The translations under genes were made by a program, and so were the position numbers. A model generated the notes under the pieces. It was not told the DNA's origin. It saw only the letters and a list, made by a program, of their open reading frames with translations, and ran no database searches. A DNA stretch of 63,890 nt, counting the filler, from Choristocarpus tenellus KU-1152 (taxonomy: Eukaryota > Protista > Phaeophyceae), in NCBI GenBank assembly GCA_964200185.2. It is 9 parts of 9 records of this genome, joined end to end, with 100 filler letters (N's around TTAATTAATTAA, not from the genome) between each part and the next. Parts side by side here need not be neighbours in the genome. Positions count along the whole stretch, not along the records: positions 34,925 to 40,339 come from CAXNAD020010857.1; positions 40,440 to 51,244 come from CAXNAD020002704.1; positions 51,345 to 54,170 come from CAXNAD020024417.1; 6 more parts are not named here. One strand, 5' to 3'. Positions 38,609 through 52,769 of the stretch are shown piece by piece; positions within the stretch are counted from its first letter, which is position 1, and each line of letters begins with the position of its first letter.

Positions 38609-40197
38609 TACTGTCTACTCTGAGTTGCACAGAGTGTATGTACAAACCGGCTCCCTCTGTAGTATTGTTGTGCTATTCAAGGAATAACGGGAGTCTCGGG
38701 CACAGAAGAAAACGCTTTGAAAGTCGTAAAGGTAGACCAGGCATAGGCGACATAAACAGAAAGGACAGCCTCTCCCTGATGGGATCGTACACGCCTTCAG
38801 GGTAAAGTGTTGACTGGGGAGAACTTGCAGTACTCCCCTGAATTTGATTCTTCGTGTGCAAGAAAAGAGGTTGGCAGCTCAACAGTTTCCCCTAACCCTT
38901 TTCAATGCTAGTTGTGGTACCTCTACATTAATCCAGGGCACAGCTCCTGCCATATTAGAGCGAAGGAATCCTATGCATGAGAGCATAGTAGTAGAATGGA
39001 AAAGTAGAGTGAGTTAGTGGTACTGCACTAAACTGTGTTCTGGGAAGGATGAAACAAAGTAAGGGGAGGGGGGTGTTTGAGAAGGTGTTCGAAACATGCT
39101 GCACACATTCCAACATGGAAGGAAAGATGACGTAGATGTGACTACTATAGCTCTTATGTCGCATTTCTGGGCTTCAATCAAATTGAGTGATCAGACTGTA
39201 GGCAACAGTACTCAACAGGTGTTTTCTTTGATGTTGTCGCTTGCTATTCTTTTTTAAATAAGTGATACGAACACAATTTTTCTTTTCAATCATCATGTTG
39301 CGTTCAACTGGTCGGTACGGAGAAGAAGAGAAACCAGCGTGGTTGTGGTGTATATTGTGTGGACCCCACCCAGCTAAAGAAACGGAATATCAATGTAGTA
39401 TGTGATATGAATTTCAGACAGCATCTTCAGGTTACTGAATACTTGATTATCTGGATTTGTATCAAGATTGTGCTAGGATGTGGATAGCAGGAAGATGTAG
39501 GAATAGTTGGCGAAATACGTCATATATACTGCCATACGAATCGTCGACCTCCTTAGTCAGCAGCAATCTCCTAATTTCTCAGGAAAACTATTGACCACTG
39601 CATTCTTGATTCCTATTTATATCTGCTCCTCAAGCGAACATGGTCATGTCTTCGACTCTACTATATGCAGCATTGACGCTCCAGGAGCTCACTCTCTGCA
39701 TATTGTGTGGAGGAATAGGTACGATTGTGTGGGATATGAATGATGATGGTGCTTCCATGCTACTTGCATGAAATATATAACTGCAGGTTTGCTTCAAATT
39801 GGGAAACCACCTTAGCATTAGGGCAGAAATAGTATGGAAAGACGGTGGTAGCAAGGACTGGGCACAGCACTGTTGTACCTACCCATGCCTAACTATAGAG
39901 AGAGGAAGATCAACTAATGCACTCAAAAGGTACAACATGTACTATCTGCGAAAGGATAAAAAAAGTACTTGGAGACCCTGACGAAGAAATAATGAATAAT
40001 GTGTGTCAATACCACGTCTTAATTGTAACTCTTACCAAGATTTCTTGACGGATAGTAGAATGGTACCAGTAGCTTCGCCCTCTGGGGTTGTCCCGTCATA
40101 ACTTTTGATGTAGGCATCGGATTAAAAAATATATAAGCATACTAGTGATGCCCGTCACAAGACCTTCCAGAGTACCAGCTTCGTTTTTTTTCGCCAT

Positions 40198-40300
40198 TTT
40201 TTCTTTTTTTTTTGAAAGAGCGCTCATACTTGGATTCGAACCCTGGATTATAGGTCACCAAGAGTGGCAACAGATGCACTATACTTGATTAAAGTATAGG
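40198..40300 (-). other. Possible tRNA-derived SINE fragment
   Basis: The minus strand has a perfect B-box GGTTCGAATCC followed closely by an A-rich tail. No cloverleaf or clear A-box. Confidence 0.3.
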
Positions 40301-41766
40301 GTCTGTGTGGGAAAAAACCCTCCCTACCCTTTCTTCCTGNNNNNNNNNNNNNNNNNNNNNNNNNNNNNNNNNNNNNNNNNNNNTTAATTAATTAANNNNN
40401 NNNNNNNNNNNNNNNNNNNNNNNNNNNNNNNNNNNNNNNCGGTGATTCTCTTCGCCACCCTTGCCTGAGTGAACCACGCCGCCACAGAATCACACGATTC
40501 ACAGATGAACAAAATTTTTCTTTGTCTTCCCTTTCTCTTTATTATTTTTCGACAGCTTCGTTTCCTCTTACTGTCCTTGGTGCTTTTTTTCGCAAGCAGC
40601 GTGCATCGCCATCTTCTACTACCTTTTCGAACACAAGCCTGGGATCCCTCACACTATTGCAACAATTAAATAATATTATCATATCACATCATACATACAT
40701 ACTTGAAAGATAGACGGGTTGATGGGTCCCTACTCATGCATGCTTGTTTGTCGAACACCACTGAGTGAAGGATGACATCAAACAGGTGGACATGGCAGAC
40801 CGGCCTTTCGGATAAACGGGGGCAGAGACACCCACAAGAAGAGATTTTTAAAAGGAAGAGTAGGGCCACTGGTGCAAAGACAATCAAAATTAATAAGTGG
40901 AGAGAATTAGGGGTGAATTGTGAGACCTGTTCTAGTCTCCCACTCCTTGTTCTGACCGATGCTGATATCATAGCAAGGAAACCTAAATTGTCAGGATGTC
41001 ATATCCATATATGATGAGGGAGGGTGGAGGCAACCAGGAGTGGGGGCAACCTTTAAATTTTCCCATCGCTAGTATTTGCAACTCCCAGGCTCATCTGGGC
41101 GATTGGTCTCAAACCCTTTCTGCTTACCCCCCCCAAATTTTTTTTAATAAGAATATACTTGTTGCCAATGAACAAACACCCTCCACCATTTTGTAACAAT
41201 ATGCCCAAAGCTGATTTGTACACATACACAGAGGTATACACATATAGATGCCTTAATGATGAGTGTGTTGTGTTGTGAGTCACTTGGCAAACGACTGCTT
41301 ATGTAGATGGTCAAGTGGAAGCTAACGATATATATGCCCACACTGCCACATACACAAATGTAAGAAACACTCTAGCGTGTCTGTCGGAGCAGTCTTGATG
41401 CAGCATTGGATCGGAGTGCAGCAACATTTGGAAAAACAGATTCAAGGGTGCAGTGTCCCCAAGCACAGGGCATGCACACCACAACTTCAGGACAGCCAGC
41501 CACCACCAACTGCACAAACATTACCATTGATCTCTCTGCCCACATTCCCTTGCACGATAGTTCAATGTAAACAACCAATTCCATCTTGTCACAAACACCA
41601 CAAAAAGTGAGTACAAAGTACATCAGTGCTGGAGTATGCGATCCACAAATGAAGCTAATTAGGTCAGGTACTTCAGCCTCCTCCACAAACGCCTCACCCC
41701 CATGGGAAATCACTGGTATTTGGTGGACAAAACAACTATGATGCCACAATACCGCTACCCTAAGAT

Positions 41767-44094
41767 CTACGACATGGAGGACTCCCATAATATCCTTCCC
41801 TTTGCAGTTACCACCTGAAGAGTTCCGGCCAAAGTGACTTCCAACCACGCACCACGGACATCAGTAGACGACCAAATGGCATCCCACCACCAATGGTGAT
41901 GTCGTGGGGTGCTGTAGAATATACCCTCTTCGATAGACCCCAAGTGGAGGCGCCCCCCCTTCACCACTGCAAAAGGTGAAACATCAGCTTCAGTCCATGT
42001 TCTGCCCTCTGCCTTGTCCACAGTTTTATCCTCGACATCAACATCAGTCCCACCCCCTTTCCTGCTCTCATTGGGGCGGGTCCTTGTCCCAAAGGGCAGT
42101 CTCCAGCCCCTGTTCTTCCCAGGGTAGGGGTTCCGGTTCCTGGACTGTTCTTGTGAGTCCTTTTTGGAAGTGGGTGGAGGGAGCTTGTATAGCACATCAT
42201 CATGTGCCACATCCTTGGGGTCACATCCCCTAGCAATCATGATCCCACCAGTTGACGGCACCCAGGCCATGACTCTGGCCCATGGTGGTACCCCCTTTGA
42301 ACCACTCTCTGTCCATGATGTGTCCAGAGACAAGCATTCCGCGGCATCCCACTTCACAGATGAAGCTGCAAGAAAATCGCCTGGGACAAGTTCGTACTCA
42401 GAAACTGAAGAAGGAAAATGGTATTCAATTTTGTTTTCCGCACATAATTGACAGGCCTCCACTAGACTTGCCACCACATCCTCTTCCCTTTTCCGTGCTT
42501 GGTTGGACTGCAGAACCTGGAGAGGTGTGGAGTGAGGGCAAGGGGAAGGGCAGTTCGGGAAGGGAATAGGTTGCACCTCACACCAGCACATGGGGGCTAC
42601 AAGGGCCAAACACAACTGGTTCTTAGTGTGTTAGGGGCACTTTCTTTCAGGATAGAGCTCGACTATGGAGTACATAACCTAGGGCGTGAAGTACGATATA
42701 CCCCGTAGATAGTTGAAGAGGGGTGGCGAGTAAAGACAAAATGGGCCATGTGAAACACTTGCACCACTTGTTACTTGACCTCATCTTCCTCATCCTGCAC
42801 CACAACTCGAACTGCTTCACCCTCACCTGACTTGCTGCCAGTGAACCAACCTCCCTAATCCATCCACCCCAGGTGGAAACTCTTGATGTCATCCTCTAGC
42901 ACATGCCAAAACGTATGGCGTAGAGGCATGGATTGAGGGGATAGGGGTGTTGATCTTGAGGAAGTGACAAAAAGCACATGATGTGGGGTGGGGCAGACGA
43001 ATCAGTGTTTTCGAATCTGAGCTACCCTCAAAGGATGTATTTCCAAGCAAAGCACAAATCGATAAATAGTCTCTACCTGGGCCGAAACACTACAAGAGGG
43101 TTAGCACAATCCAACAGATTCACTACATAGATAACGGCATCAACCCTTGACCAGGTGCGTGAAGGTATGGGGCAGGCAGGGTCAAGGCTTTGATGCTAAG
43201 CCGATCAGCATGACCCACCTCAGGCAGAACTATCATTTGGGAGTTCTCCACTGCTCCTATTGCACACATTGATACTGCAGCAAGGACAAAAGAATAAAGT
43301 AGCAAACCAAGTGACAGCAGCACCCTCCTCTGATGAGGTCTTACGATTCCTTGTGGTGCCTGGCCGTCGGAAGTTACCATCACAACCCCACCAACACCCT
43401 CACTGTGTGATGTTTCCACCACGGCCTTGATATGGCCGTCTTGGGCAGGTCGGGGATGAGGAGAGGGGAATGGGATTGATGACGGTGTCTCACGACCCAC
43501 GATCATCTCTGAGGCTGTGGTGTCCAGAACTGTCGTGTCCTGGCTACAGGCACGTCTTAAGGTCTGGTCAACGGGCACCCCTAGGTTTGCCATATTTCCA
43601 CCCTGGTCGCAAACGACCCCCCCCGCGACTGTCTTCGACTGGGCGGTGGTATCGCCATGAGGCCGATTCTTCTCCATCCCTGGCCGCGGCACACCGCCAC
43701 AGGTCTTACGACCCACAGTCTTACCCGAGACTGAGCTCACATCACCCATATGAGGATCGCAAGGACCACAAGTGACGACGCTTGGACCCACCCTGCCCTG
43801 GCAGATCCTACGGCCTTCGCGACAACTGCCATCCATTTGGGGAGGCATCACACCGTCGGTCTCCTCACCGCCTGGCCCACAGACGGTCATTCCCGCGACT
43901 CCAACATCACAACCCTGGCTGAAAGTCCTTTCTGCCCTTCCCCTGATGATATTTGGATAGGGAGAAACTCAGTTCTAGACGGCAAGACTAAAAAATTGCA
44001 TACATGTGTATAGGTGTGTCCTTTTTGGATGGAAGAGTCGCATACTGTGTGATGTATCATACCTGCGGGATGGATGTCTCTGTGATCTGCCCAT
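41767..44094 (-). CDS. Putative type-II membrane protein with C-terminal divergent bulb-type-lectin-like domain (exons 44063-44094, 43219-43942, 42827-42895, 41767-42516)
   Basis: All junctions are GT-AG and phase-consistent from MGRSQRHPSR to ...ILWESSMS*. There is a disordered N-terminus, one hydrophobic segment (VLLSLGLLLYSFVLAAVSMCAIGAV), and a C-terminal IWSS....AWLEVTLAGTLQVVTAKGRILWES resembling the B-lectin repeat WSS..A.L.L...GNLV....G..LW.S. Confidence 0.7.
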
Positions 44095-46535
44095 GGAAGA
44101 AGAGTACTGGTATAGTAAGGTATGATGATGCGTTCTCAATGCTGTGCGTCCGGAAGCTGAAAATGCGATTGCTCGTTGTCACAAATCCCACGTAGACGTG
44201 AGTGCTGATCAGCAGATCTAGAGATCCCCTCTCCAGGATATAGATTATGCGCTCCAGGGAGATAGCCTAGACCTTTTTAGGAGTTATGAAGAATGTGTAC
44301 CCTGTTTTTCAGTTACACTCACCAATGGTAGAAGATTGAAACCTTAAACGGAACTTCAATTCGTAATCACCTTCTTTGACAAATCCTATTTGCAAAGAAT
44401 TACCCAATAGTATTTTGAAGTGGATATTAGTCGAAGTAATGGAGTGCGTAAGTGCTATTTTCCATATACTACAAACTTAACAATTCTCTTGATATTTTCA
44501 ATACTTCCTATCGAAGAAACTACTACTACTATTGTAGGTCATGTTATGGACAGGTCCTTTTTTTGGGATATCCCGACACAATGAGTATAATGCATGCTGT
44601 CATACACATTTGCGCGCGCCACCTTTTCCCATTGAGGCCAGCCCAGGTGATGTGGTTAGGGTTAGACGCTCCACCAGCTCGATGTAACCCTGACACACAC
44701 ATAGAGTAAATATTGATGGAAGTAAATTTGTACCCCCTAAGAGTAAGGTGCATGTTTTATCCGACATGTTCATACACATGAAGGTTGGTGTTTCACAAGC
44801 TTGCAACCGAAGCAGTGAGATAGTTTTTTTCTCACGTATTGAGTTCTGTTCCTAAAAAGAGTAATCCGTATTTGGCTTCTAGATGTGTCAAAGGGTATGT
44901 GAACATTTGGGTTTTGGTTGTGGTCGAGGCTGGGATTATTTGGCTAGGTCAACTTGGAAAAGGTCACGCAGGTGTAGGTGAAAATCGTAGATACACTTGC
45001 TTGTACAGCAGGGTGGGGTTTCTAAGAGCTTTGTTGTGACTGTGTGAATTCATCCCACATAGTACATACCACCCTGCAAACATGCTCATTTAGCTTGTGT
45101 CTTCACTATGCCCAATTGTTCTTGACTTGGATTTGTAATTATTTGAGCATCCAATTTGTGTCTATGTTTGCTCACCCCAAAATGAGTGATCCTGCATCAA
45201 TAATCAGTGATCCCACCCCCTGCCGACCCATAATATTCTCCAGTCAAGGGTGGACACTTTGATGCTGAGCTGGCCCACATGATCCACTGCAGGTAGAGAT
45301 TCCTTCATTTGGGGGCTCCCCACCACTCTTGTTGCACATATTACCACTACAAGTACAAAAGCAAGAGGTTGCTGTCACAACCCCATTAATATCCTCACTG
45401 TCTGATGCCACCACCACAGCCATGTGAAGGCAGTCTTGGGCAGGTTGGGCATGAGGAGATGGGAATGGGACTCAACTCTTCCTTTTTGGATCTGGAAGAG
45501 ACCCTTTCATTTATCCTTTACTGGAGTACCTTACAGGTCAGCAGGGGATGGGATCACAGCTTTGTGTCGTAGGGTAACTCAATTTTGGGTGCGTATATGC
45601 ATGTGTTGTATGCTCAAACTATCCTTTGCCTGGTGGGCAATCTCCCAACATTTGAGCGAAGTGTAGATGCAAGGTCCACGAGCATGTTTGCACTGTTGGG
45701 TTTACAAATAAGTAGATCGAGAGTTGAAATTATTATGAAAAAGCTCGTAAGAATCCTTCCCTATTGTGAAAGTGGCAGTTAGGTTTTTTAGAATAGAGCC
45801 GCTTATTGCTGCTGTGGGGACTTTTTTGCGATTGTCAAACTTTTGAAATTTTTTAATGGGGCAATGAAATTGGTGGAACACCTATCATGTTTGTCCTCTA
45901 CCCTTTGTATTTTGAAAGGACAAAATACGCTAAGTGTATCCTAATGTGGTTGGTAAAGCAAAAACCATGCACACAAGTAGTGTGTGACAACCGGCAAAGG
46001 ACAAAGCAAAGATGGAGAGTACCAAGCGGTGATCATGAGGTGCCACTTGTGCACTTGGGTGTGTTCTAGATATACTGCATTTAGCCACCCATGCATGGCT
46101 GGGATGAGTGCTCGTTTATGGGCAAGATGAGCATGAGAAGGCGGGAGAAGCGACCCTGCGATCACATTGTGACTCTGCCAAAGCAGGAAGACCTCTTCCA
46201 AAAGTCCAACTTGGTGAATATAGTGAAGAACCTAGTCGGAGTAAACTGGAGAGGGAGGTTCGTGTGCCTAGCAGAAAAACGTTGGATGGTGTTTTGAGAC
46301 TTAGTGTTGCCGTTGGAAAGGAGGCGGAAAACAGTGGCTAAGCTCACTCAGTGGTTCCTCACCAACATGAACTCAACACACTTTCACAGCTACTGGAGGA
46401 TACTGCATATTCTCGTTTGTGAGCCGAAGATGAGTGCTCCTACTGAGTTCGCTGTGACCCTACTGGGTTTTGCGCTCCAACAGGCTTGTAGCGGGATGTG
46501 CGTGAAAGGGGGGGCATTCATCGAGAGAGGGAATG

Positions 46536-46794
46536 GAGCGAAAATATTTTAGAGGGTACCGATTTTGCCCTGTTTGTCCGTTTGGGGCTTGACTTCCCAC
46601 GGTTTTTTTGGCTTGTCTGTGTGAACACAGTTACTTGCTTTGAAATGTTTCGGAGTAGATAAAATATGTACGTTATGAAACGTTGTGTCTGGAAGGATAT
46701 TGACACTTCCTAACAAACTCGATTAGTCAAAATTTACGACATTGGACTTGGTTCCCAAACGGACACAGAAATACCCTCTAAGGTACTCTGACTT
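46536..46794 (-). mobile_element. MITE family A copy (variant)
   Basis: Decayed TIRs, shared internal sequence, flanked by AATG/AATG. Confidence 0.85.
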
Positions 46795-47089
46795 AATGGA
46801 TCAAGAATTAACCTCTGGGCTTCAGACAGGCTGGAATTGAAGACTTTGCCAACTCTTTTTGTGACCAGCTTCTTCTGCTGTGCATGTGTATCCTCCTTGT
46901 CCTTGATATGGTCATCCAGGATACGCTCGTGGTTTCGAGCCAAGGTTTTGGGGAGATTGGATTGCTCGATCTGTTATTTGTTATGGGTCACTCTTGCCTT
47001 CAGCATTTAGATGCGGTGATCGAGGGGGGTGACTGACTGTACAAGAAGAGGAAGAGAGAAGGAGAGATAAGAACATGAGGACTAGTTGA

Positions 47090-47372
47090 GACCCAAAGCA
47101 TTTAAGAGGGTAGGGGTTTTGCCATTTTTGTCAGTTCGGGTCTTGGCTTCCCACGAGTTTTTTTTATGTCTTTTTCGGTTTTCTGTGTGAACGCAGTTCC
47201 CTGCTTTGAGACATTTCGAAGTAGGTAAAATGTAGTTGACTATGAAAGGTGTGTCTGGAGCAAGGATGTAGACACTTGCTAACAAACACAATAGCCGAAA
47301 TTCGTCAAAATCGCAACGTTGGATTTATGACCCCGAACAGACATGACCCTACCCTCTTAAATACTTTGGGTT
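47090..47372 (-). mobile_element. MITE family A subfamily copy
   Basis: TIRs acccaaagcatttaagagggtagg / cctaccctcttaaatactttgggt, with an interior homologous to the 46536 copy. Confidence 0.85.
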
Positions 47373-47689
47373 TAAACAGAATACTGCAGCATGTCTTGGG
47401 ATATGCAAGAGATTGGCCTTGCCTGTGTTGTGTAGGACTGAAAAACTTGTACCATTTGAAAAGTTTGTAAAGGAGATATTTCCTCTGTTTGGAATGAATG
47501 TAACATAGCTTTTGCAGCCCTGATGAAGAAGTAAGATTTTGCTCTCATGTTCATATTTTATGGGTGTATTGCGCAGACACTAAAAGGTTACCCACCGAAA
47601 TCTCAAGCAAAATAGGGCAGCCTACACCTATCTATGATTCCGCCCCCAAAGCTCCATTCCAGCACAATATTTTGCTGCATCCACCAGGG

Positions 47690-48330
47690 CATTCGGGGGG
47701 AACTTGTCTGCTCCCTCAGCCTTTTCCTCGCTAACGTGGAGAATTTTGAAGACGTTGTCACTCTTGGACCCCAGCACTTCACCTTGGATGGCGAAGAGGC
47801 TCTGCCGGATGTGCTTGAATGTGTCCTGGGATAGACGTTGAACACCTCTGTTGTAGCCTTCACCAGGTCCTCTGTGTTGGTCACCCTCTCGTCTTCCTTC
47901 AGTTGCTGGTTGGAATGAAAGAGTCCGAGGTCGTTGATGTTCAGATCAGGTGAATAGGTTGGCTGGGTCTCTATGACAATGTCATCTGCTCAAACATGAT
48001 TTGTCCTTCCGACCTAGATGACATCCTCGATCATGAGCTTCTTGTACCTCTCCCCCATCCGTGGCTGGCACAACCACCTTGGTACCCTTGGGGTGGTGAT
48101 TGCTGGAGAGCTGAGTGACCTTAGTGTCCACGATTGGTCAGATCCCAATTTTCCCATTGAACCACACCCTGTTGGAGAGCTTCCAGGGACAGGCCAAAGC
48201 TGCAAGGAAACACCACCTTGAAAAAGTAAAGCTTATTCTGTGCCCATGGGGATTTGTGGGGGTGCCACCCTCTCCCTTCCACGCTGTTCTTCGCTGGGGT
48301 TTTTGAGTCCTGACCCCAGACAGACCTCTG
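47690..48330 (-). mobile_element. Degenerate Tc1/mariner transposase, plant-type DD39D-like
   Basis: Fragments across frameshifts: KVVFLAALACP...VWFNGKIGI*PIV, ERYKKLMIEDVI, ETQPTYSPDLNINDLGLFHS..., DLVKATTEVF, DNVFKILH. These match the DD39D consensus KVMFL.AVARP..FDGKIGIWP and QPPNSPDLNVLDLGFF. The segment with the second Asp appears deleted. Confidence 0.88.
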
Positions 48331-49559
48331 GGCTGAAGTATTTTGATGGACGGTTCACGATGGGATAAGCAAGTCGCTCAAATGACGAGGGGCTGTTTTC
48401 CTAGACACCCTATTATAAACACAGGCTTTGATAATTTCACAAGGTTTTCGAACCCTGTCAAATGCCACTTAGTCGACTTTGCACTGGCAATTCTCCACAG
48501 TCATGTCAGTCCACCATCTCAAACTTTGCACGCCTCCTAATGTATATGAGAACTAAGCCTCGTTCAGAGTGTTCATCACGTGGTTCGTTGCCGGGCAAGA
48601 ACAGAGCCCGCAAAAGGTACGTGACGTTTAATTCTGAACGGATAAAGTATATATTTTTGGAGTGAGTGAATCAGTGTGATCCATTCAGGCATACAGGATA
48701 GGTGGGCAAATGGTCACAGGCCTTCATTGATGCACTTTGTTGCTGGGATTGAACTCACCCACAACTGGACCTTGCACCTTACATAGAACTGTTGACGAGT
48801 CTTGCGTGTAACCACTTCTTGGTTACAAAAAAGATTGAACCCTGCCTACTGAGGTGTGAGGGGCACAAGGAGAGGGCAAGGAGCCTAGAAGTGAGAGAGA
48901 GAAGATTTGTTCCTCTTGTTAGGTGGTCTCTTAGCTATTGTCTGCACAGCTGTGTAATAATGATGGATGTGTTTGATAGAAGGCGTGTAATCGATTAAAC
49001 ACCTGTCCACAGTCTTTCCCATCGTATTTGCACACCCCCTCGAGAAGAGGGCGGATATGTCCCTTGCCCTGTTGAACTACACATTGGAACAAACGATCCC
49101 TCTGTGGCACTTCCCATATTCAAGCAGCTCAGCAGATAGATACTCACAGCAAGCTACTATACAACCTTCTTCATGGATGAAATGCACTCACACTCATGCA
49201 AGTCAAATAAATATTGCATGTATGTTTATGTGTTGTAAGAGACAACTCTTTTGCCTTCCAAATCTGGCACCACTACCTCAAACCTACCTTACCTTCCCCC
49301 TTCACCTACCTCCACAATTACAAACTCTAATGCAACCCAAACCTTTGCAAGACCCCACCGTCACCCTCCTCCTTAACCAGCACACACACAAAAAAATATC
49401 AAAGGTAAACACCACATCCATCCTTTGGCCTGTCCCTCCTTCTTGGACCTAAGCGGTGCTTGAGTCAACCCCAGAGCACGCATCTTCGCAAACTCAACTA
49501 CTGAAGGCGTCCATCCTCATTGGCTGCTGTATGCAACTGGAACTGCATCGACCAATCAA

Positions 49560-50601
49560 TCACCTCCTTCCTTTTTTCCCTCGCCTGCCACCAGTAAGCC
49601 CAGGCGGAGGAGACACCTATTGTATAAGATAGTAAACAACAAATAAGATTTAAGGGGGGAGAACAAACATATATAAAAAATGGTACACCTATTTTGATAA
49701 CAAACTGGAGATTCCTGCCAGCCAGATATTTCAAACAAGTCAATCCGATCACCATAGTAATACAGACATCTACTCTTCTTGTAATATTTTTTGGGTTAGG
49801 ATTAGGGATGTCAGATATTGGGGGATCGGTGGACCGGATGACAACATAAGGTATAACTCCAATACACACAATACATATGTATATGGTAAATGATAAATAT
49901 TAAGTATATCATACTGCCATTGGTTTCTCTTACAGTTAGTCATACCATTCAGCTCACTACATATTTAGCCCTTCTATATTTTTCCCTTCATGCACCCCAT
50001 TCACTCAATTCGAAAACATATGGCATTTCATTGCACCTATTGTATTATGTCTTCCCAAATCAACTCTTTGACTCCTTAATCCTGTTCTTGCTAGAAAACA
50101 AAAAGCCCAAATCGAAAAAATAGAATGAAGAAATAAAATACCGTATTGAAAGAAAGTGTTCCTTACAAAGTAATGCTCTGGATGATAATTTTCTTATTCT
50201 TATTTCTATCAATTAACAATTAACAAAAACCATAGAGAGACTTACGTGAACACTCCTAAAAAATAATAAATATTCAAATGTAGAGAGAGAGAGAGAGAGA
50301 GAGAGAGAGCTCTATACCTTAAGTTGTCAAATTCAACATACCCCTCCTTCAAGAATGACCCACCTCACCAAAAGCTCACTCCAACAAATTGCAAGGATCA
50401 AGAAACACCTCTTGCTGATACCAAGACATTCACCAGCACACAGCCACTATTCTGCAACACCCCCCTACACTACAAAAAACGAGAAAACTCAAGGTATACC
50501 TTTTCCTCATCTGCTCCGGCAATAATGTCAGCCTTCTTTGCCTGAGCCCTGGCTGCTGCATCAAGCTTCATTGTGTCCTTAGAGGCCCCATCTCCCGAAC
50601 C
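49560..50601 (-). CDS. Last two exons of an unidentified gene (50500-50601, 49560-49616)
   Basis: cag|GSGDGASKDTMKLDAAARAQAKKADIIAGADEEK|gtatac joins in phase 0 to tag|VSPPPGLTGGRRGKKGRR*. Family not recognised. Confidence 0.5.
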
Positions 50602-51652
50602 CTGTAAGGATGCATAAAGAAGAAGTTGTACACAGAGTAGAATTAGCACCAAATCAACCTTACAACGAGGATAGCCTCAAAAAATCTTCACATGATCCTT
50701 TTCTTGTTAATAATAATAAAAAGCATTGATTGACTTGTATGTCATTCTCTTTCTGATGACACCTTCTACCTCATTATATATATATATATTTCATGTACAT
50801 AATGCTACTACTGCAATCCTAAAAAAAAAAATGACTGTACTTTAACTGAAAAAAGACAAATCACCAAGAATTCCCACCATTGCTCCTAGTATTCAAAAAT
50901 ACTGAAATCTCCAGAGTTTGAAATATCTCACAATTTCAAAATAAACAAAATGACAGCATCACTCTACAGCTCATCCTGTATTTTGTAATGACTGCCATCA
51001 CAAAAGAAAAAAAATATAATGCTGTAAATTAATCAAGACAGACAAGGACAGACAAGGCCTTCAAAGACAACAGGGGGGGAGGACTCCTTACATCAAGAGG
51101 TCCAACACAAATCAACTCAATAAGGCCTGTTCCAAACGCTGAAAAAAAAAAAGCATGACAAAAAAATTTCCCAAAATTAATTTGAACATACTTTTTTTGG
51201 AAATATTATTATTATAAAAATATATATAATATAATTAATTTTTTNNNNNNNNNNNNNNNNNNNNNNNNNNNNNNNNNNNNNNNNNNNNTTAATTAATTAA
51301 NNNNNNNNNNNNNNNNNNNNNNNNNNNNNNNNNNNNNNNNNNNNCCCGCAACGGTCCGGGCAAGAAGTGGACCTTACCCCGGGGAGGGGGGGGGGGAGGC
51401 GGTATGATACTCAGTGGCCTGGCCTACCTAGTGCTGAAAGAAAGAGCTGTTCACTTCGTCTGTGATTTTGGACACACACATACTACATGGTCACCCGAAA
51501 ACAAAGAATTTGGTTGACAGGGTTGCTAAGCGCGAGATAACTATCTCAACTTAGGTTGAATAAGAGGACATAGAGAGATTTCACAACAGCTGTAGCCCAA
51601 CAAGAGGAGGAGTAGAGCGCCACCATCCCACCAACGTTGACAACTCCCTCAC

Positions 51653-52554
51653 CTTTTTGTACATTTTGCAGATCTCTGCTAGTGACATTTCTTTTTTTTT
51701 CGTCTGTCGCTTGATAGCTTCTTCGAGCTCGTGCTGAAAATATACCTTATCGTACAGCGTGCGCTCAACCACACTCCCGGTCGTGTCGTTGAATGCTATA
51801 AGTGTGGCGGTGCAGTGGGCGAATGGGGCAAGGGGTAGGTGGGGTGCTGTCGCGGGACACACACGGCAGGCAGTAGTGAGCAACATGTTACTGCCGACAG
51901 AAAGACCATGAGGGAAAAAAAAGATCGACAACAAAAAGATCAATAACGGACTGACTGACGATGAACCAAACAAAGGAAACACGGCAACAACTTGGTAGAT
52001 CAGAAGAGTCATCAGGCGATCATGGAATAATGACAACACTCAACTTACTTAGTTGCTTAGTTGATCAGAAGAGTCAGACGACTATTAATCAACGACAACA
52101 CTCCATAACCCACCGTTGGCAATTAGCCTCTCTTCTGCTTGGTTGAACACCATGTAGACCCGCATTATGAAAGCGCGTTCGGGATCAAACTCTCTCTTCA
52201 ACACCGCTATTCTATGGTTTCCGTCCAGTGTTCGTTCTTGAACAGCAAGCACAGTTTTGGCGGTGAGCTGGTCCCCGTTACCTAAGCAGTCTCGTTGGAT
52301 GACAACGGACGGAGCAAACTGCTTGAGCCAGCCTTTTTCACGGATGGACTTGCTGACACGCGCAAGGCCACACTTGCTCTCAGGGGACGCACCATCTCCG
52401 TGCATATGATGTTGCCAAGTTTCATCTTGTATGTGCCGAGGTAGTGATGTTCGAGGAGCAAGGACAAGCCCTTGGCATTGCTGCACGACGTTCTTGATCC
52501 GTGGGCAGCGCCATCGGCGGGCAGGGGGGTCGTTGTTGAGCGAATGTTGGACAT
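51653..52554 (-). pseudogene. Intron-containing ParB/Sulfiredoxin-like domain gene, frameshifted in this copy (exons 52114-52554 and 51653-51795)
   Basis: Joining two overlapping ORFs across a 2-nt shift near 52380 gives YLGTYKMKLGNIICTEMVRPL/SKCGLARVSKSIREKGWLKQFAPSVV...RTLDGNHRIAVL. This fits the ParB N-terminal pattern (L..SI.E.G.L.P..V...DG.HR). A GT-AG phase-1 intron leads to AFNDTTGSVVERTLYDK. Confidence 0.68.
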
Positions 52555-52769
52555 GGCGAAGATTAGGAGGGTGTGACGGGGATAGATAAGTAAGAGCTGC
52601 TGGTGGTATGTGCGGAAGGGAAGGAATGGAAATGAGGAGCGAGGGCTGGCAAAACTGCTTTACTTCATATTGTCCGTCGGTCCCCAAAGAACTCAGATTT
52701 CTCTTTCCGTTGATTAATGTGTTCTAACAAATACGAATGTTGAACAGTATACGATTTCATATTTAAAAC

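Noticed and set aside
45890-46530. Stop-interrupted coding-like stretch
   Set aside because: Probably a decayed element, but no motif I can assign.
49440-49562. Possible selenocysteine read-through at TGA 49560-49562 or nearby
   Set aside because: No redox motif context and no convincing SECIS; an ordinary stop after a basic tail is simpler.
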